Source of the DNA: Candidatus Doudnabacteria bacterium
Lineage (GTDB): Bacteria; Patescibacteriota; Doudnabacteria; UBA920
Length of the DNA: 64,000 bases
Reading direction: 5' to 3'
NCBI GenBank assembly: GCA_963837465.1
Contig: CAWINB010000004.1
Location: 330,853 to 394,852, forward strand
Positions 21,259-30,662 of the stretch are shown in pieces (within the stretch, counting starts at the first letter, position 1; each line of letters opens with the position of its first letter). The position numbers were made by a program, and so were the translations under genes. Under the pieces are notes generated by a model. It had not been told where the DNA came from and searched no databases. It was given only the letters and a program-made list of their open reading frames with translations.

Positions 21259-24171
21259 ATGCCATCACCAATCAGCATAGGCACAAGGGACATTCCCTTA
21301 AAACTTGCCAAGACAATTAGTGAGAAAGTAAATTTAGCTTGGGACAGTGGAGAGTTTTTAGACAAGACCACGGCCGTTACTCAAGATTTGCTAAAATTTT
21401 GGTTTACCGAACCACACATAGAAAACCGATATATTAATTTTCACTCCGGCCAGCGCCAGGCTATTTTAAACACCATTTATTTGCACGAAATTTTAAGCAC
21501 GAAGTCCGTTAAAGATATTTACGAGAACATAGAATTTGAACTGTTGCCGGAAATAGACATAGCCGAGCTAAAAAAGCCAAAATACGAAATTCCCAAATAC
21601 GCTATTAAGATGGCAACCGGGACGGGCAAAACATGGGTGATGCACGCCTTGTTAATTTGGCAATATCTAAACGCCAAATATGAAGCCCAAAAATCAGGAA
21701 AGTTTTCCAAGAACTTTTTATTAGTCGCCCCCGGCATAATCGTCTACGAACGGCTGCTGGATGCTTATTTGGGTAAGGAAAATGAAAATCGGGAACGCCA
21801 ATTTGAGCAATCTGATTTTTACCAGTTTAAGGATTTGCTCTTGCCTCCGGCCTTTAGGGAAGAATTTTTTGGCTTTATCCAGTCGGCCGTAGCCAAGAAG
21901 CAGGACATCGGCAGCAAGGTGACTGGTGACGGCCTGATCGCCATTGCCAACTGGCATTTATTTATGGGGGAAGAAGAATCGGAAGACAAACCCGTTTCGC
22001 CATTAGACAGTCCACAACAAATCCTCAAAGACATCATGCCAATTCGGCCGGGAGTATCCGGCGGCAATTCTTTGGATGCTTTAGATAGTGCCTATTGGGG
22101 CGGCAAGGAATTGGATTATTTGGCCAATTTGCCGGATTTAGTTTGTATAAATGACGAGGCACACCACATCCACGAAAATAAAACCTACGGGGAAGTCAGC
22201 GAGGTGGAATGGCAAAAGAGCTTGAATAAAATTGCCGCCTCCAAAGGCCATAAATTCATGCAGATAGATTTTAGCGCCACCCCTTACGACGTAACCGGCA
22301 GCGGGCAAAATCGTATCAAGCATTACTTTCCCCACATCATTGTGGATTTTAAGCTAAAGACGGCCATAGACGGCGGCTTTGTAAAGACCATAGCCATAGA
22401 CAAGCGCAAGGAACTTGTGGATTTGCCTTTAGACTTTAAATCGGTACGGGACGAAAACAATACCGCTATTGCGCTCTCGGACGGGCAAAAGCTGATGATC
22501 CGTGCCGGATTAAATCGATTAAAAATTCTTGAAACGGAATTTGTTAAATTCACTAAAGATGCCGATGGGGTTTCCAATAAATATCCCAAAATGTTGATCA
22601 TGTGCGAGGATACTAAAGTTACGCCATTGGTTGAGGCTTTTTTTCTGGACGAAGGCTTAAGCGAGGACGAGGTGCTTCGGGTAGATTCCAATAAAAAAGG
22701 CGAGATACCGGAAACGGAATGGAGAGAACTTAAACAAAAATTATTTAATATTGATAAGCATGATAAGCCTAAAGTTATTATTTCCGTGCTCATGTTGCGT
22801 GAGGGTTTTGACGTAAATAATATCTGCGTTATTGTCCCGTTGCGTTCGTCCGCCGCCCCGATTTTGCTGGAACAGACTATTGGCCGTGGTTTGCGGCTGA
22901 TGTGGCGGGAGCCGGAATATCGTGAAGCCAAAATGGACAATATCCGGCAATTGATAAAAGAAAAACGGGAACCGCAAAACTTGCTGGACTTGCTGTTTAT
23001 TGTTGAGCATCCGGCGTTTTTGCAATTCTATGAGGATTTAGACAAAGAAAGCATCGTAGAAGTTGGTGACATACCAGAGGGAGGGGTGTTGGGGGAAATT
23101 ATTAAGGTTGGCTTAAAACCCGACTGGCAAAAATATGATATGTATTGGCCGATCATCTTGCGTGATGCGGAAGATGAAATGTCCGGCAGCCGTCCGCCGG
23201 TTGAAAAAATGGAAAAATTTACCGTTTATGCGTTGGAAGATTTAAAGAAGTTTTTTCATAAAGGCGGCGAAAAATTCGTGTCCGAGGAGTTAACCGTTAA
23301 AACCCGTTTTGGGGAGTACATGGTAGATGCCAGCCTGTTTACTTCCCAAAGCTATAATGAGTATTTGCAGAAAATAATCCACGCAGTAGTCAATAGGACG
23401 GCGAAGACAAGTGCACGTGGGCATAAAGTTTACCCGACGTTACAAATAAACCAACTGCAATTAGTTGAAGCTTTGGATTTTTATATCCGCAATCTGTTGT
23501 TTGGTAACTCATATGACCCGTTTGTTGATAATAATTGGAAAGTGCTTTTACTGAAGAATGGCGTTGTTACCCAGCATATCGTCAAAGAGGTGGGCAAACT
23601 AATTTTTGAAATGCAGAATAACACTACCACGAGCGAGGCATTGGTAGAAAAGCGCCATTTTGCCGAAGTGGACAGTTTGAGGATGAGGGAAAATTATTCC
23701 TTGCCGATTGTAAAAACTATTTACGAAAGATTGCGCTACCCTTCTAACAAAGGCGGTTTTGAAAAAGACTTTTTAAGCTATGCGGATGGCGACGGGCAGG
23801 TGGAGGCGATAATTAAAATCGAAGAATACCAGCACACCTTTGCCGTTATCAACTATATGCGTTCCGATGGTTTTCTCGCCCAATACCACCCGGACTTTTT
23901 AGTGCAGGCGGTCAATAAAATCTATGTTATTGAAACAAAAGCCGACAAAGACATTGACGATAAAAATGTCCGGCAAAAGCAGCTGGCTACGCTGGATTGG
24001 ATTAAGCGGATCAACGGGTTAAAAACCGAAGACAGATTAAAAAAAGAATGGGAATATGTTTTGCTAGGTCAAAGCAATTTTTACGGTTTAAGCAAAAACG
24101 GGGCTTCCATAACTGAAATTTGCGAATTAGCCAAGGTTAGCGAGGCTGCGGTGACCGGCAGGCTACTTTAG
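21259..24171 (+). CDS. res: Type III restriction enzyme Res subunit (SF2 helicase plus PD-(D/E)xK nuclease)
   Basis: 970 aa. Walker A MATGTGKT; DEAH box INDEAHHI; C-terminal HPDF...VIETKADKD. Start 4 bp after the mod stop. Confidence 0.85.
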   Translation: MPSPISIGTRDIPLKLAKTISEKVNLAWDSGEFLDKTTAVTQDLLKFWFTEPHIENRYINFHSGQRQAILNTIYLHEILSTKSVKDIYENIEFELLPEIDIAELKKPKYEIPKYAIKMATGTGKTWVMHALLIWQYLNAKYEAQKSGKFSKNFLLVAPGIIVYERLLDAYLGKENENRERQFEQSDFYQFKDLLLPPAFREEFFGFIQSAVAKKQDIGSKVTGDGLIAIANWHLFMGEEESEDKPVSPLDSPQQILKDIMPIRPGVSGGNSLDALDSAYWGGKELDYLANLPDLVCINDEAHHIHENKTYGEVSEVEWQKSLNKIAASKGHKFMQIDFSATPYDVTGSGQNRIKHYFPHIIVDFKLKTAIDGGFVKTIAIDKRKELVDLPLDFKSVRDENNTAIALSDGQKLMIRAGLNRLKILETEFVKFTKDADGVSNKYPKMLIMCEDTKVTPLVEAFFLDEGLSEDEVLRVDSNKKGEIPETEWRELKQKLFNIDKHDKPKVIISVLMLREGFDVNNICVIVPLRSSAAPILLEQTIGRGLRLMWREPEYREAKMDNIRQLIKEKREPQNLLDLLFIVEHPAFLQFYEDLDKESIVEVGDIPEGGVLGEIIKVGLKPDWQKYDMYWPIILRDAEDEMSGSRPPVEKMEKFTVYALEDLKKFFHKGGEKFVSEELTVKTRFGEYMVDASLFTSQSYNEYLQKIIHAVVNRTAKTSARGHKVYPTLQINQLQLVEALDFYIRNLLFGNSYDPFVDNNWKVLLLKNGVVTQHIVKEVGKLIFEMQNNTTTSEALVEKRHFAEVDSLRMRENYSLPIVKTIYERLRYPSNKGGFEKDFLSYADGDGQVEAIIKIEEYQHTFAVINYMRSDGFLAQYHPDFLVQAVNKIYVIETKADKDIDDKNVRQKQLATLDWIKRINGLKTEDRLKKEWEYVLLGQSNFYGLSKNGASITEICELAKVSEAAVTGRLL

Positions 24172-24192
24172 CATTATGGATTGTAAAAATTT

Positions 24193-24369
24193 ATGTCACA
24201 TGAAGATTTAGACATTGACGAGTTCAAAAGAATTTTTGGAAAGTATTATGACAAGCCGCTTTCCGACCAAGATGCATATGAAGGCGCTTATGATTTGCTT
24301 AACGCTTTTAAATGGTTAGTAGATCAGGACGAAAGCAACAATCTAAAAATTCAGCCAAAAACTAGATGA
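24193..24369 (+). CDS. small hypothetical protein, paralog family member 1 (58 aa)
   Basis: MSHEDLDIDEFKRIFGKYYDKPLSDQDAYEGAYDLLNAFKWL... Not in the ORF track (<60 aa). Related to the next two small ORFs. Confidence 0.35.
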   Translation: MSHEDLDIDEFKRIFGKYYDKPLSDQDAYEGAYDLLNAFKWLVDQDESNNLKIQPKTR

Positions 24370-24533
24370 TTTCTCAAGAAGCGTTAGAAAAATATAAGGC
24401 TATTTACAAGGAAGAGTATGGTGCGGATATTTCAGACGCAGAAGCCTTGGATTTGGCCGTCAATCTTTTAACAATGATGAACGCAGTATATCGGCCGATA
24501 AAAAAAGAATGGGCTGAAGATGCTGACCTTTGA
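24366..24533 (+). CDS. small hypothetical protein, paralog family member 2 (55 aa)
   Basis: MISQEALEKYKAIYKEEYGADISDAEALDLAVNLLTMMNAVYRPIKKEW. ATGA overlap with the preceding gene. Confidence 0.4.
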   Translation: MISQEALEKYKAIYKEEYGADISDAEALDLAVNLLTMMNAVYRPIKKEWAEDADL

Positions 24534-24560
24534 ATTTAACAATCAAATTTAGATAAATTT

Positions 24561-24698
24561 ATGAAGGTATTTATTAGGTTAGTGTTAGGCTTAGTGGCAT
24601 TATTGTTTATAACTTTTATGTCGGCTGCTTTTGGGATAGGCGGGTTTTTGTTCACGCTCGGTTTGTTTGCGGTTATAGTTTATGCTTTTGCTAGGTAG
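24561..24698 (+). CDS. small two-TM membrane peptide (45 aa)
   Basis: MKVFIRLVLGLVALLFITFMSAAFGIGGFLFTLGLFAVIVYAFAR. Confidence 0.3.
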   Translation: MKVFIRLVLGLVALLFITFMSAAFGIGGFLFTLGLFAVIVYAFAR

Positions 24699-24707
24699 CT
24701 ATTTTTT

Positions 24708-24893
24708 ATGATTTCAAAAGAGCATCTTGAAAAATATAAACAGATTTATAAAAACCGTTTTGGGAAAGAATTATCTAACCAAGAGGCTCTTGAGCAGGCC
24801 ACTAAGTTGCTTAGGTTAATAGAAATTATTTACCATCCCATGACCCAGGAAGAGCTGGATATGGTTAATAGGCGGAGACAGGAATTGGGTTAA
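24708..24893 (+). CDS. small hypothetical protein, paralog family member 3 (61 aa)
   Basis: MISKEHLEKYKQIYKNRFGKELSNQEALEQATKLLRLIEIIYHPMTQEE, clearly homologous to the protein at 24366-24533. Confidence 0.45.
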   Translation: MISKEHLEKYKQIYKNRFGKELSNQEALEQATKLLRLIEIIYHPMTQEELDMVNRRRQELG

Positions 24894-24899
24894 AAAGCT

Positions 24900-26114
24900 T
24901 TGACTAAAGTTTGCCATCACAAAGCTTGGAATTTTGCTATAATTAAGAGGCACAAAGCCTCTTTTAATTTAACCCCCTCTATGAACTATATCGAAGATTG
25001 GAAATTATATCTTTGGAAAAAACTGTTGCTGAAATCTGATTATTTCAGCCAGCAAAACCTTAACCTATTTCAGGCTATCCGTAATTTTGTATTTGGCCAG
25101 GACTGGGGCGGAACTGTAGGCAACGATTTGATAGCACAAGCATTAATTGAAATGAGCAATTTTCAGCCGCCCGCTGTTGAGATTACCAACGTTAGGATGT
25201 TAAAAGATTACCGAGATTACCATTACAAGAGATTGTCTGAAGAAGAAGCAAAAAAGGCGCTCGCGGCTGCCACAAGCTCAAGCTATACAAATCCAAATTC
25301 CAAAACCGTCCACGTTGTTTTGCAGCCCAACCACGGATTGCCTAAAGAAGTAGACCAGAAGCTGGAGAAACTTGAGAAGGACAAAAATCTGGCTGACTTA
25401 GATTTGGCGGACTTAAAAACGATGGCCTATAATGCCAAGCTCCCTCAATACTTATGGAATTACGTTAGCTTTGATGCGAAATTCCACAAAGAGCCTTTAG
25501 AAAAAAAGCTAAACGATTACATCGACTCTTTTATCCAAGGGGATTTGGTAGCGCCAAGGGGTTTTAGACTTTACGGCCCAAGACAGCAGATGGAGAGAAT
25601 GTGGCAAACTATACAGGTATTAGCGACTGGTCAGGGCTCGAAAAACCTCAAAGTTACTTTGCGGGACATTGTGCCGCCGGGACGTAGCCCAGTAAATGAG
25701 CATAATCTCTATAAATTTTATGAAATGATACTGGCTTTGGAGCGCAGTGGCGACATCACAGTTACTGATATAGTCGGCTCCGAGGCAGTTATTTCCATAG
25801 CCCCAAGGCATTTAAAAAATCTCGACCCGGACTTAAGGATACCCCCTGCTTTTGCTAAATTTGAAGGCAAGTTTGTCGAACATGAACTTCATTGGTATTG
25901 CCCTATATGCGGCAACAAGATTAAAGTCTTTGAGGACAAAGACACGCTGGCGGAAACCCTTACTATCCGCACCAAACGCTGTAAAAACGGCCACGAAAAC
26001 AAAATAATGATTATCGATGATAAGCTGTATTTGGAAAATACGCCCATTGCCGTTTCAGAAGCAATGGCACACTTTAAGCGCAGGAATAAAGTCCAAAAAC
26101 CAGATGGCGTTTGA
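24900..26114 (+). CDS. hypothetical protein with C-terminal zinc-ribbon (CPICGN...CKNGHEN)
   Basis: 404 aa, no recognisable catalytic motif; true start may be the internal MNYIEDWK. Confidence 0.5.
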   Translation: MTKVCHHKAWNFAIIKRHKASFNLTPSMNYIEDWKLYLWKKLLLKSDYFSQQNLNLFQAIRNFVFGQDWGGTVGNDLIAQALIEMSNFQPPAVEITNVRMLKDYRDYHYKRLSEEEAKKALAAATSSSYTNPNSKTVHVVLQPNHGLPKEVDQKLEKLEKDKNLADLDLADLKTMAYNAKLPQYLWNYVSFDAKFHKEPLEKKLNDYIDSFIQGDLVAPRGFRLYGPRQQMERMWQTIQVLATGQGSKNLKVTLRDIVPPGRSPVNEHNLYKFYEMILALERSGDITVTDIVGSEAVISIAPRHLKNLDPDLRIPPAFAKFEGKFVEHELHWYCPICGNKIKVFEDKDTLAETLTIRTKRCKNGHENKIMIIDDKLYLENTPIAVSEAMAHFKRRNKVQKPDGV

Positions 26115-26139
26115 CAGTAAGTTATTTTGGGTGTAAAAT

Positions 26140-26405
26140 GTAAGCAGTTAATCTTTTACAATTTAATTGTTTCGCCTTATCGGTCTTGCCAGGCGGCGAG
26201 AGGTAAGGAAGGAATGATTATCCAAAACTTTTTAGACGGTTATACCCAAAGCTATTTGGCTCTGCCAGGAGGCGGAGGAGTAAGCGAGTAAGTATAACGC
26301 CATTAAGCCAAGATAATAGAAAAATCGGACCGTTGATTCGGCCTGGTCTTCTTGTTATTTTGGCTTTTTTCGTTTGACCAGCGCTTTTAACGGCGCTGGT
26401 TTTTG
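26140..26405 (+). ncRNA. candidate small RNA or leader ending in a rho-independent terminator
   Basis: Gene-free 270 nt with direct repeats gccaggCggcgAgagGtaag / gccaggAggcgGaggAgtaag. Terminates at accagcgc-loop-gcgctggt followed by TTTTT (26377-26405). Confidence 0.25.
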
Positions 26406-26424
26406 CGTTTTACGCAAGAAAATG

Positions 26425-26502
26425 GGGCAATTAGGTTGCTGCCTTGGGATCTGGTTTGCTCATAGAGGGGTTATCCTGAAACCGGGCAGCACCCTAATTG
26501 CC
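26425..26502 (+). promoter_or_regulatory. long imperfect hairpin immediately 5' of the Rep-like gene (candidate origin or operator)
   Basis: gggcaattagg...cctaattgcc outer stem (10-11 bp) with inner stem tgctgcc...ggcagca. Confidence 0.3.
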
Positions 26503-26524
26503 TCTAAATAATCAAAATCCCTCT

Positions 26525-27703
26525 ATGATGATTGACAGTATACGTCTAAGAATTTCTATATTTAGTAGCGTGAAAAATAACTTCTTTTTTAGAGAAAAAA
26601 GAGGGAGCCTTGATTATGATAATAGTAATAGACAGAGGGTTAAACAATTTATACGAACCAATTTTAAGTGGAGCGAACAACAACGGTCTCAGGGTAAATA
26701 TATCCCAAAATATTGGACAGAAACCAACAGCTTTGAGGGCGGTAAACAGTATCTTATTTTTGAATTTTCAGTTCCAAAGTTCTTGCAGGGACATAATTTA
26801 GTCGAAATTGCAGAAACCATGCTGCCTGTCTTGGTGGATCGTCTCGAGGACTTCTGTAAAATAATTCAACTATCAGTTGCGGAGGTAGATATTTTGGGTG
26901 CGCAAGTCACGATGGTCGCATATTGTCATAATGTTCCGATAGCCCATCTGGCTCCTTCGCAAGAAGTTATGAAATTGTTATCTGGATATACCTATCGTTT
27001 TCGTTCTAAATTTCGGCCCGAGCAAAATGAATTGGGACAGATTACTCATTTACAACTCGGTAATAATACTTCCCATGTTACTGCTTATGATAAGTTGCCG
27101 GAGATTATAGTGCATGCCCGAACTACTGAGGAATTGGAAATTGCCAAAATAATTAAAAATAAACAGTTGCCAAATCCTTACGGAAAAATTATTCAAGACA
27201 CCATTAGGTTTGAGCTCACTTTACATAATACTGTGTCGGTAAGGCAAGCAATGAAAAAATTTTATGGTGACAAGCCTTTTTACACACTCAAGGATGTGTT
27301 CAAAGCCGATATTGCGGCGGCATTATTAAAGTTGGAAATGGAGGAAATTTATAATCACCCCCTTAAAAATATAGCTGCAAATTCTAATTATGACTTCCGA
27401 AAACTAAATGATGAGGTCGGTAAATTTATTCGAGACCGCCATCAGGACGGCAAACTGATTGGCTTGCTGGAACAGGCCACCCTTGTTCTACACGCCGGGG
27501 GCTGGGCGGCGGTCAGAACTTATTTAGCGAAAGGTTGTTGCCGCCGGACTTTGCAATACCGGATAGCTGAACTACGCGAAATAGAAAAAATTGGAATTAA
27601 TTTGGGAACGCCAAATGAAAAAATTATGGAATATATTTTAAACCAATTTGGCATTGGAAAAACTAATTTACTTCCTAAAGGCCAACAATTATTGTTTAGC
27701 TAA
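26525..27703 (+). CDS. candidate replication-initiation protein (Rep_trans/phage-CRI-like; low-confidence assignment)
   Basis: ~393 aa from MMIDSIRLRI... The N-terminal IDSIRLRIS resembles the conserved start of rolling-circle initiator families. The track start at 26498 is a TTG inside the hairpin. Confidence 0.4.
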   Translation: MMIDSIRLRISIFSSVKNNFFFREKRGSLDYDNSNRQRVKQFIRTNFKWSEQQRSQGKYIPKYWTETNSFEGGKQYLIFEFSVPKFLQGHNLVEIAETMLPVLVDRLEDFCKIIQLSVAEVDILGAQVTMVAYCHNVPIAHLAPSQEVMKLLSGYTYRFRSKFRPEQNELGQITHLQLGNNTSHVTAYDKLPEIIVHARTTEELEIAKIIKNKQLPNPYGKIIQDTIRFELTLHNTVSVRQAMKKFYGDKPFYTLKDVFKADIAAALLKLEMEEIYNHPLKNIAANSNYDFRKLNDEVGKFIRDRHQDGKLIGLLEQATLVLHAGGWAAVRTYLAKGCCRRTLQYRIAELREIEKIGINLGTPNEKIMEYILNQFGIGKTNLLPKGQQLLFS

Positions 27704-27789
27704 TTTATATGCAACTGCCATGTTTATCTATAGCCAACAAAAACCATACAGTCTATGCGTCTTTTGTCTCCCTAAGTATTACGTCAATA

Positions 27790-27870
27790 CACGTGCAATC
27801 TTTTGCACATTTTCACAGAGAATAATTGTGCAAGTTATAAAGCGCAGCTTAGGCAATATATGTGCAATCG
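27790..27870 (+). promoter_or_regulatory. TGTGCAA(T) repeat cluster upstream of B-type recombinase 1
   Basis: gtgcaat at 27793, inverted ttgcac at 27804, tgtgcaa at 27828, tgtgcaat at 27861. Confidence 0.35.
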
Positions 27871-27916
27871 CAAAAAGCCAAAATGTTACAAATCAATGAC
27901 TGAATAAAGTTGTCTC

Positions 27917-28885
27917 ATGAGCCAGTTTAACCAAAACCCAGATCCTAATTTTATACAGCAGCCATCTGCTCCGGTTTTAGGTTTGCCGGTCGTAAATACC
28001 CCACAGCTTTTGACCTTTGAACAGTTGATCCCGTTGTTTGGCGATTACGTCACTTACGATTTGAATCATAGTCCTAAGACATCCAAAAAGTATGTCGAGG
28101 GGTTAAGGCATATTTTGAAAGACCTACCCTTTATAGTTTACCCCCAAGACTTAACGTTGCCGCATATTACGGAACTGAAGAAAAAAGTGCAGTTGCGTGG
28201 CGCAAAAGAGTCCCGAGTTAATAGTCTACTATTCTCATTGCGAAAATTTTTAACCTATTGTAACGAAGTCTATAAACTGGTTACAATAAATCCAAAGGAA
28301 ATTAAAGTTATGCGATTACCAAAAAGGGAAGTGGTGTTTTTGGCTCCTGCCGAAATTGAGCAATTTTTAAGCGCAATGGATACAACAACTTTGCCGGGAT
28401 TACGAATACGGACGCTTGTAGAGGTGCTACTTTCCACTGCTATGCGAATTTCCGAAGCCCTGTCGGTCAGCCGTGGGGACATTGACTGGGAGGGCAAGGA
28501 AATTGTCATTATAGGGAAAGGCAATAAGCAGCGGACGGTATTTTTAAGCGATAGGGCAATCGGTTGGCTTCAAACCTATTTACTCCGGCGTAAGGATAAT
28601 GACCCTGCTTTGTTCGTAACCTTTGGCGAACCCAAACGCTTGTCGCCTTATGACTTGTCTAAGCAGTTTAAGCACTATGCTGAAAAAGCAGGATTAAAGA
28701 AAAAAGTAACACCCCATATTTTACGCCATACGGCCGCGACAACCATGTCCCATAACGGCGCGGACATTCGTAACATTCAGCTAATTTTAGGCCATAGCGA
28801 CATTAAAACAACCGCCAAATATTACTTAGGCGTGGACAAAGAGGCTTTAAAGGAAGCCCATAAAAAGTTTCTAAAATACGATTAG
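27917..28885 (+). CDS. tyrosine recombinase, B-type paralog 1
   Basis: 322 aa: ...IIGKGNKQRTVFL...FVTFG...HILRHTAATTM...TTAKYYLG. Distinct subfamily from the A-type copies. Confidence 0.9.
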   Translation: MSQFNQNPDPNFIQQPSAPVLGLPVVNTPQLLTFEQLIPLFGDYVTYDLNHSPKTSKKYVEGLRHILKDLPFIVYPQDLTLPHITELKKKVQLRGAKESRVNSLLFSLRKFLTYCNEVYKLVTINPKEIKVMRLPKREVVFLAPAEIEQFLSAMDTTTLPGLRIRTLVEVLLSTAMRISEALSVSRGDIDWEGKEIVIIGKGNKQRTVFLSDRAIGWLQTYLLRRKDNDPALFVTFGEPKRLSPYDLSKQFKHYAEKAGLKKKVTPHILRHTAATTMSHNGADIRNIQLILGHSDIKTTAKYYLGVDKEALKEAHKKFLKYD

Positions 28886-28962
28886 GCAGGCAAACTACCT
28901 ATGGATTGAGTGGTTTCTAAGATAGTTTACCCCTTATTTTATAGGGTTTTTATGATTTTGGC

Positions 28963-28991
28963 TTGACAGAAGCCATAAAATCAGGTATAAT
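28963..28991 (+). promoter_or_regulatory. consensus sigma70-type promoter upstream of the DGR target gene
   Basis: TTGACA-N17-TATAAT exactly. Confidence 0.55.
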
Positions 28992-29128
28992 TAAAAGTTA
29001 ATTTTGAGACTGGAAATTGAGCTATCAAAGTTTATTTAATGGCTGAATTGCCTGTCCCAACTGTTGGGATTTGGTGTGCCGTGGCTTTCACGGATGCAGT
29101 TAATGTTCCTATAAATCAATAAGGAGGG

Positions 29129-29806
29129 ATGACGCCAATGGAAACCCCGTTGACCGTATCCACTAACAATCCCCGAGAAGGCAAACAGGGCCGGAAGTTG
29201 TATTACCGGCTCAAAACCTCAATTAAGAAATCCGGATTATTAATTGTAGCGCTTCAACCCGCGCTTGAGTTCCCCGGCACAGCGATGGAAGACGACATCG
29301 CGGCTATCTTGGTAAAGTATTCCAAGATGGCTCGTGGCATCGTTACTCCCGTCCGCGCCGAGGACACCGGCCTCATGCCCCAGGGCTATTCGGTATACCT
29401 CACGCCGCAGGGCGTTCGCAAGGATCGTCTGGAAGGCGACGTCGAGCTGGCTAATGTCGACTACATCTGCCCGTTGCGGGATGATGATGGCGACTATATC
29501 GGCGGCGAGGTAATGCTCCAGCGGTCGGTCGAACTCAAGGCCATCGGTAGCCTCGGCTACGCTTTCGCGCTTCTCAAGGCGCAGGAGCAAGGGAAGGAAA
29601 TCTTTCCTGTCGAGTCGCGCGGCAAGCATTATTTCATTATGCCGCTCACCGAGCTGCTCGGTGACGACCGTGGCCGCCGCGTGGCTTGCTTCGGCTGGCA
29701 CGGCAAGTCGCTGCGTTGGGTGCTCTTCTTCCGTTGGGTCGGCGGCGTCTTCGCTCGCCGCGGTCGGTTTGTTGTTCCCCGCGAGAAGAAGCCCTCGGTC
29801 GCTTAG
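29129..29806 (+). CDS. DGR variable (target) protein with C-terminal CLec/FGE-type variable region
   Basis: 225 aa (possibly starting at internal MEDD, 29285). The C-terminus ...DDRGRRVACFGWHGKSLRWVLFFRWVGGVFARRGRFVVPR is the VR counterpart of the Asn-rich TR-encoded ...DDNRNRNVAYFNWNDKSQRWVLNFNWVDNNFNRNDRFVVPR. The gene is markedly GC-rich. Confidence 0.8.
   Translation: MTPMETPLTVSTNNPREGKQGRKLYYRLKTSIKKSGLLIVALQPALEFPGTAMEDDIAAILVKYSKMARGIVTPVRAEDTGLMPQGYSVYLTPQGVRKDRLEGDVELANVDYICPLRDDDGDYIGGEVMLQRSVELKAIGSLGYAFALLKAQEQGKEIFPVESRGKHYFIMPLTELLGDDRGRRVACFGWHGKSLRWVLFFRWVGGVFARRGRFVVPREKKPSVA
29654..29782 (+). repeat. DGR variable repeat (VR)
   Basis: 129 nt aligned gap-free to the TR with 26 mismatches, every one at a position where the TR has A. 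Confidence 0.85.
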
Positions 29807-29875
29807 TCCCTCGGCTCTGCCGCTGGGTTCTGGACTCTTGGCGCTTCGCATTGCCCCGCATTTTGACTTCGGTCA
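29783..29875 (+). promoter_or_regulatory. GC-rich hairpin downstream of the VR (candidate DGR target-recognition stem-loop)
   Basis: ccccgcat-tttgacttcggtcagg-atgcgggg at ~29853-29885; region continues GC-rich after the VR. Confidence 0.35.
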
Positions 29876-30147
29876 GGATGCGGGGTGTTTTTTTGTCCAA
29901 AATTTTGAAAGTTTGGTATAATTTAAGTAGATGGGATTTATGCCTGCGGTTAAGGCTTCAGGTGACCACATCTCGCATTGTTAAAAAACCAGAGTATCGG
30001 CGGCTACGGTTTCCGGTAGAGTGTTTTTTAACAAATCTTAAAAAGAAGATACTCGGTGCAAAGTATTGGCGGGCTTTAAGGCCCCAAATAAAATACAACC
30101 CCAAGAGTATTCAAGGGGTGGTGGCTTGGAATATACTTTGCATAATC

Positions 30148-30276
30148 CTGCTCGATGACAACCGTAACCGCAACGTGGCTTACTTCAACTGGAACGACAA
30201 GTCGCAGCGTTGGGTGCTCAACTTCAATTGGGTCGACAACAACTTCAATCGCAACGATCGGTTTGTTGTTCCCCGC
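30148..30276 (+). repeat. DGR template repeat (TR)
   Basis: A-rich, AAC-codon-rich 129-nt copy of the VR. Followed by hairpin ctcctccc-acaac-gggaggag. Confidence 0.85.
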
Positions 30277-30644
30277 TATTGTCTTCTTACTCCTCCCACA
30301 ACGGGAGGAGTTTCTTTTAATAACTGCCGCTGCCAGCCGCCAAACATTTTACCCGCGTCAACCAGAGGTGTTGAAATATCACTAAATTGTTTATTGTCTA
30401 AGGCTTTTAACTCCCAAGCCAATTGTAGGAAGTATTTAAGGGTATCAAGTTTAATGCTTGCCTTTTGAATTAAGATTGACTTGCTATCCCTTGAGGTAAA
30501 GCCCGCTGTCAGCGTTAGTTCAATAACATCGGTGAACAGGACATTGATTTTTTCAGCCAAGGAGTATTTTACCAGCTTGGGCAGGTGTGGCAGGTAGTTG
30601 TGCCAGAGTTTGTAAGCATCGGTAATTTTTTGTAATACCGGCAA
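30276..30644 (-). CDS. avd: Avd-like four-helix-bundle accessory protein of the DGR (opposite strand to the RT)
   Basis: 122 aa, basic. ...LQLAWELK...GKMFGGWQRQL resembles the conserved Avd/TIGR02436 C-terminus (...GKMLGGW...). Confidence 0.55.
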   Translation of the reverse strand: MPVLQKITDAYKLWHNYLPHLPKLVKYSLAEKINVLFTDVIELTLTAGFTSRDSKSILIQKASIKLDTLKYFLQLAWELKALDNKQFSDISTPLVDAGKMFGGWQRQLLKETPPVVGGVRRQ

Positions 30645-30662
30645 GTTGATAAAATTTCCGTT

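Noticed and set aside
29240-30468. ORFs 29240-29851(-), 29646-29900(-), 29661-29921(+), 29686-30468(+), 30155-30385(+)
   Set aside because: Alternative frames through the GC-rich DGR target gene and the TR. They are Arg/Ala/Pro-rich and lack starts with ribosome-binding sites. The 29686-30468 frame is only notable because it reads the TR in the frame homologous to the VR.
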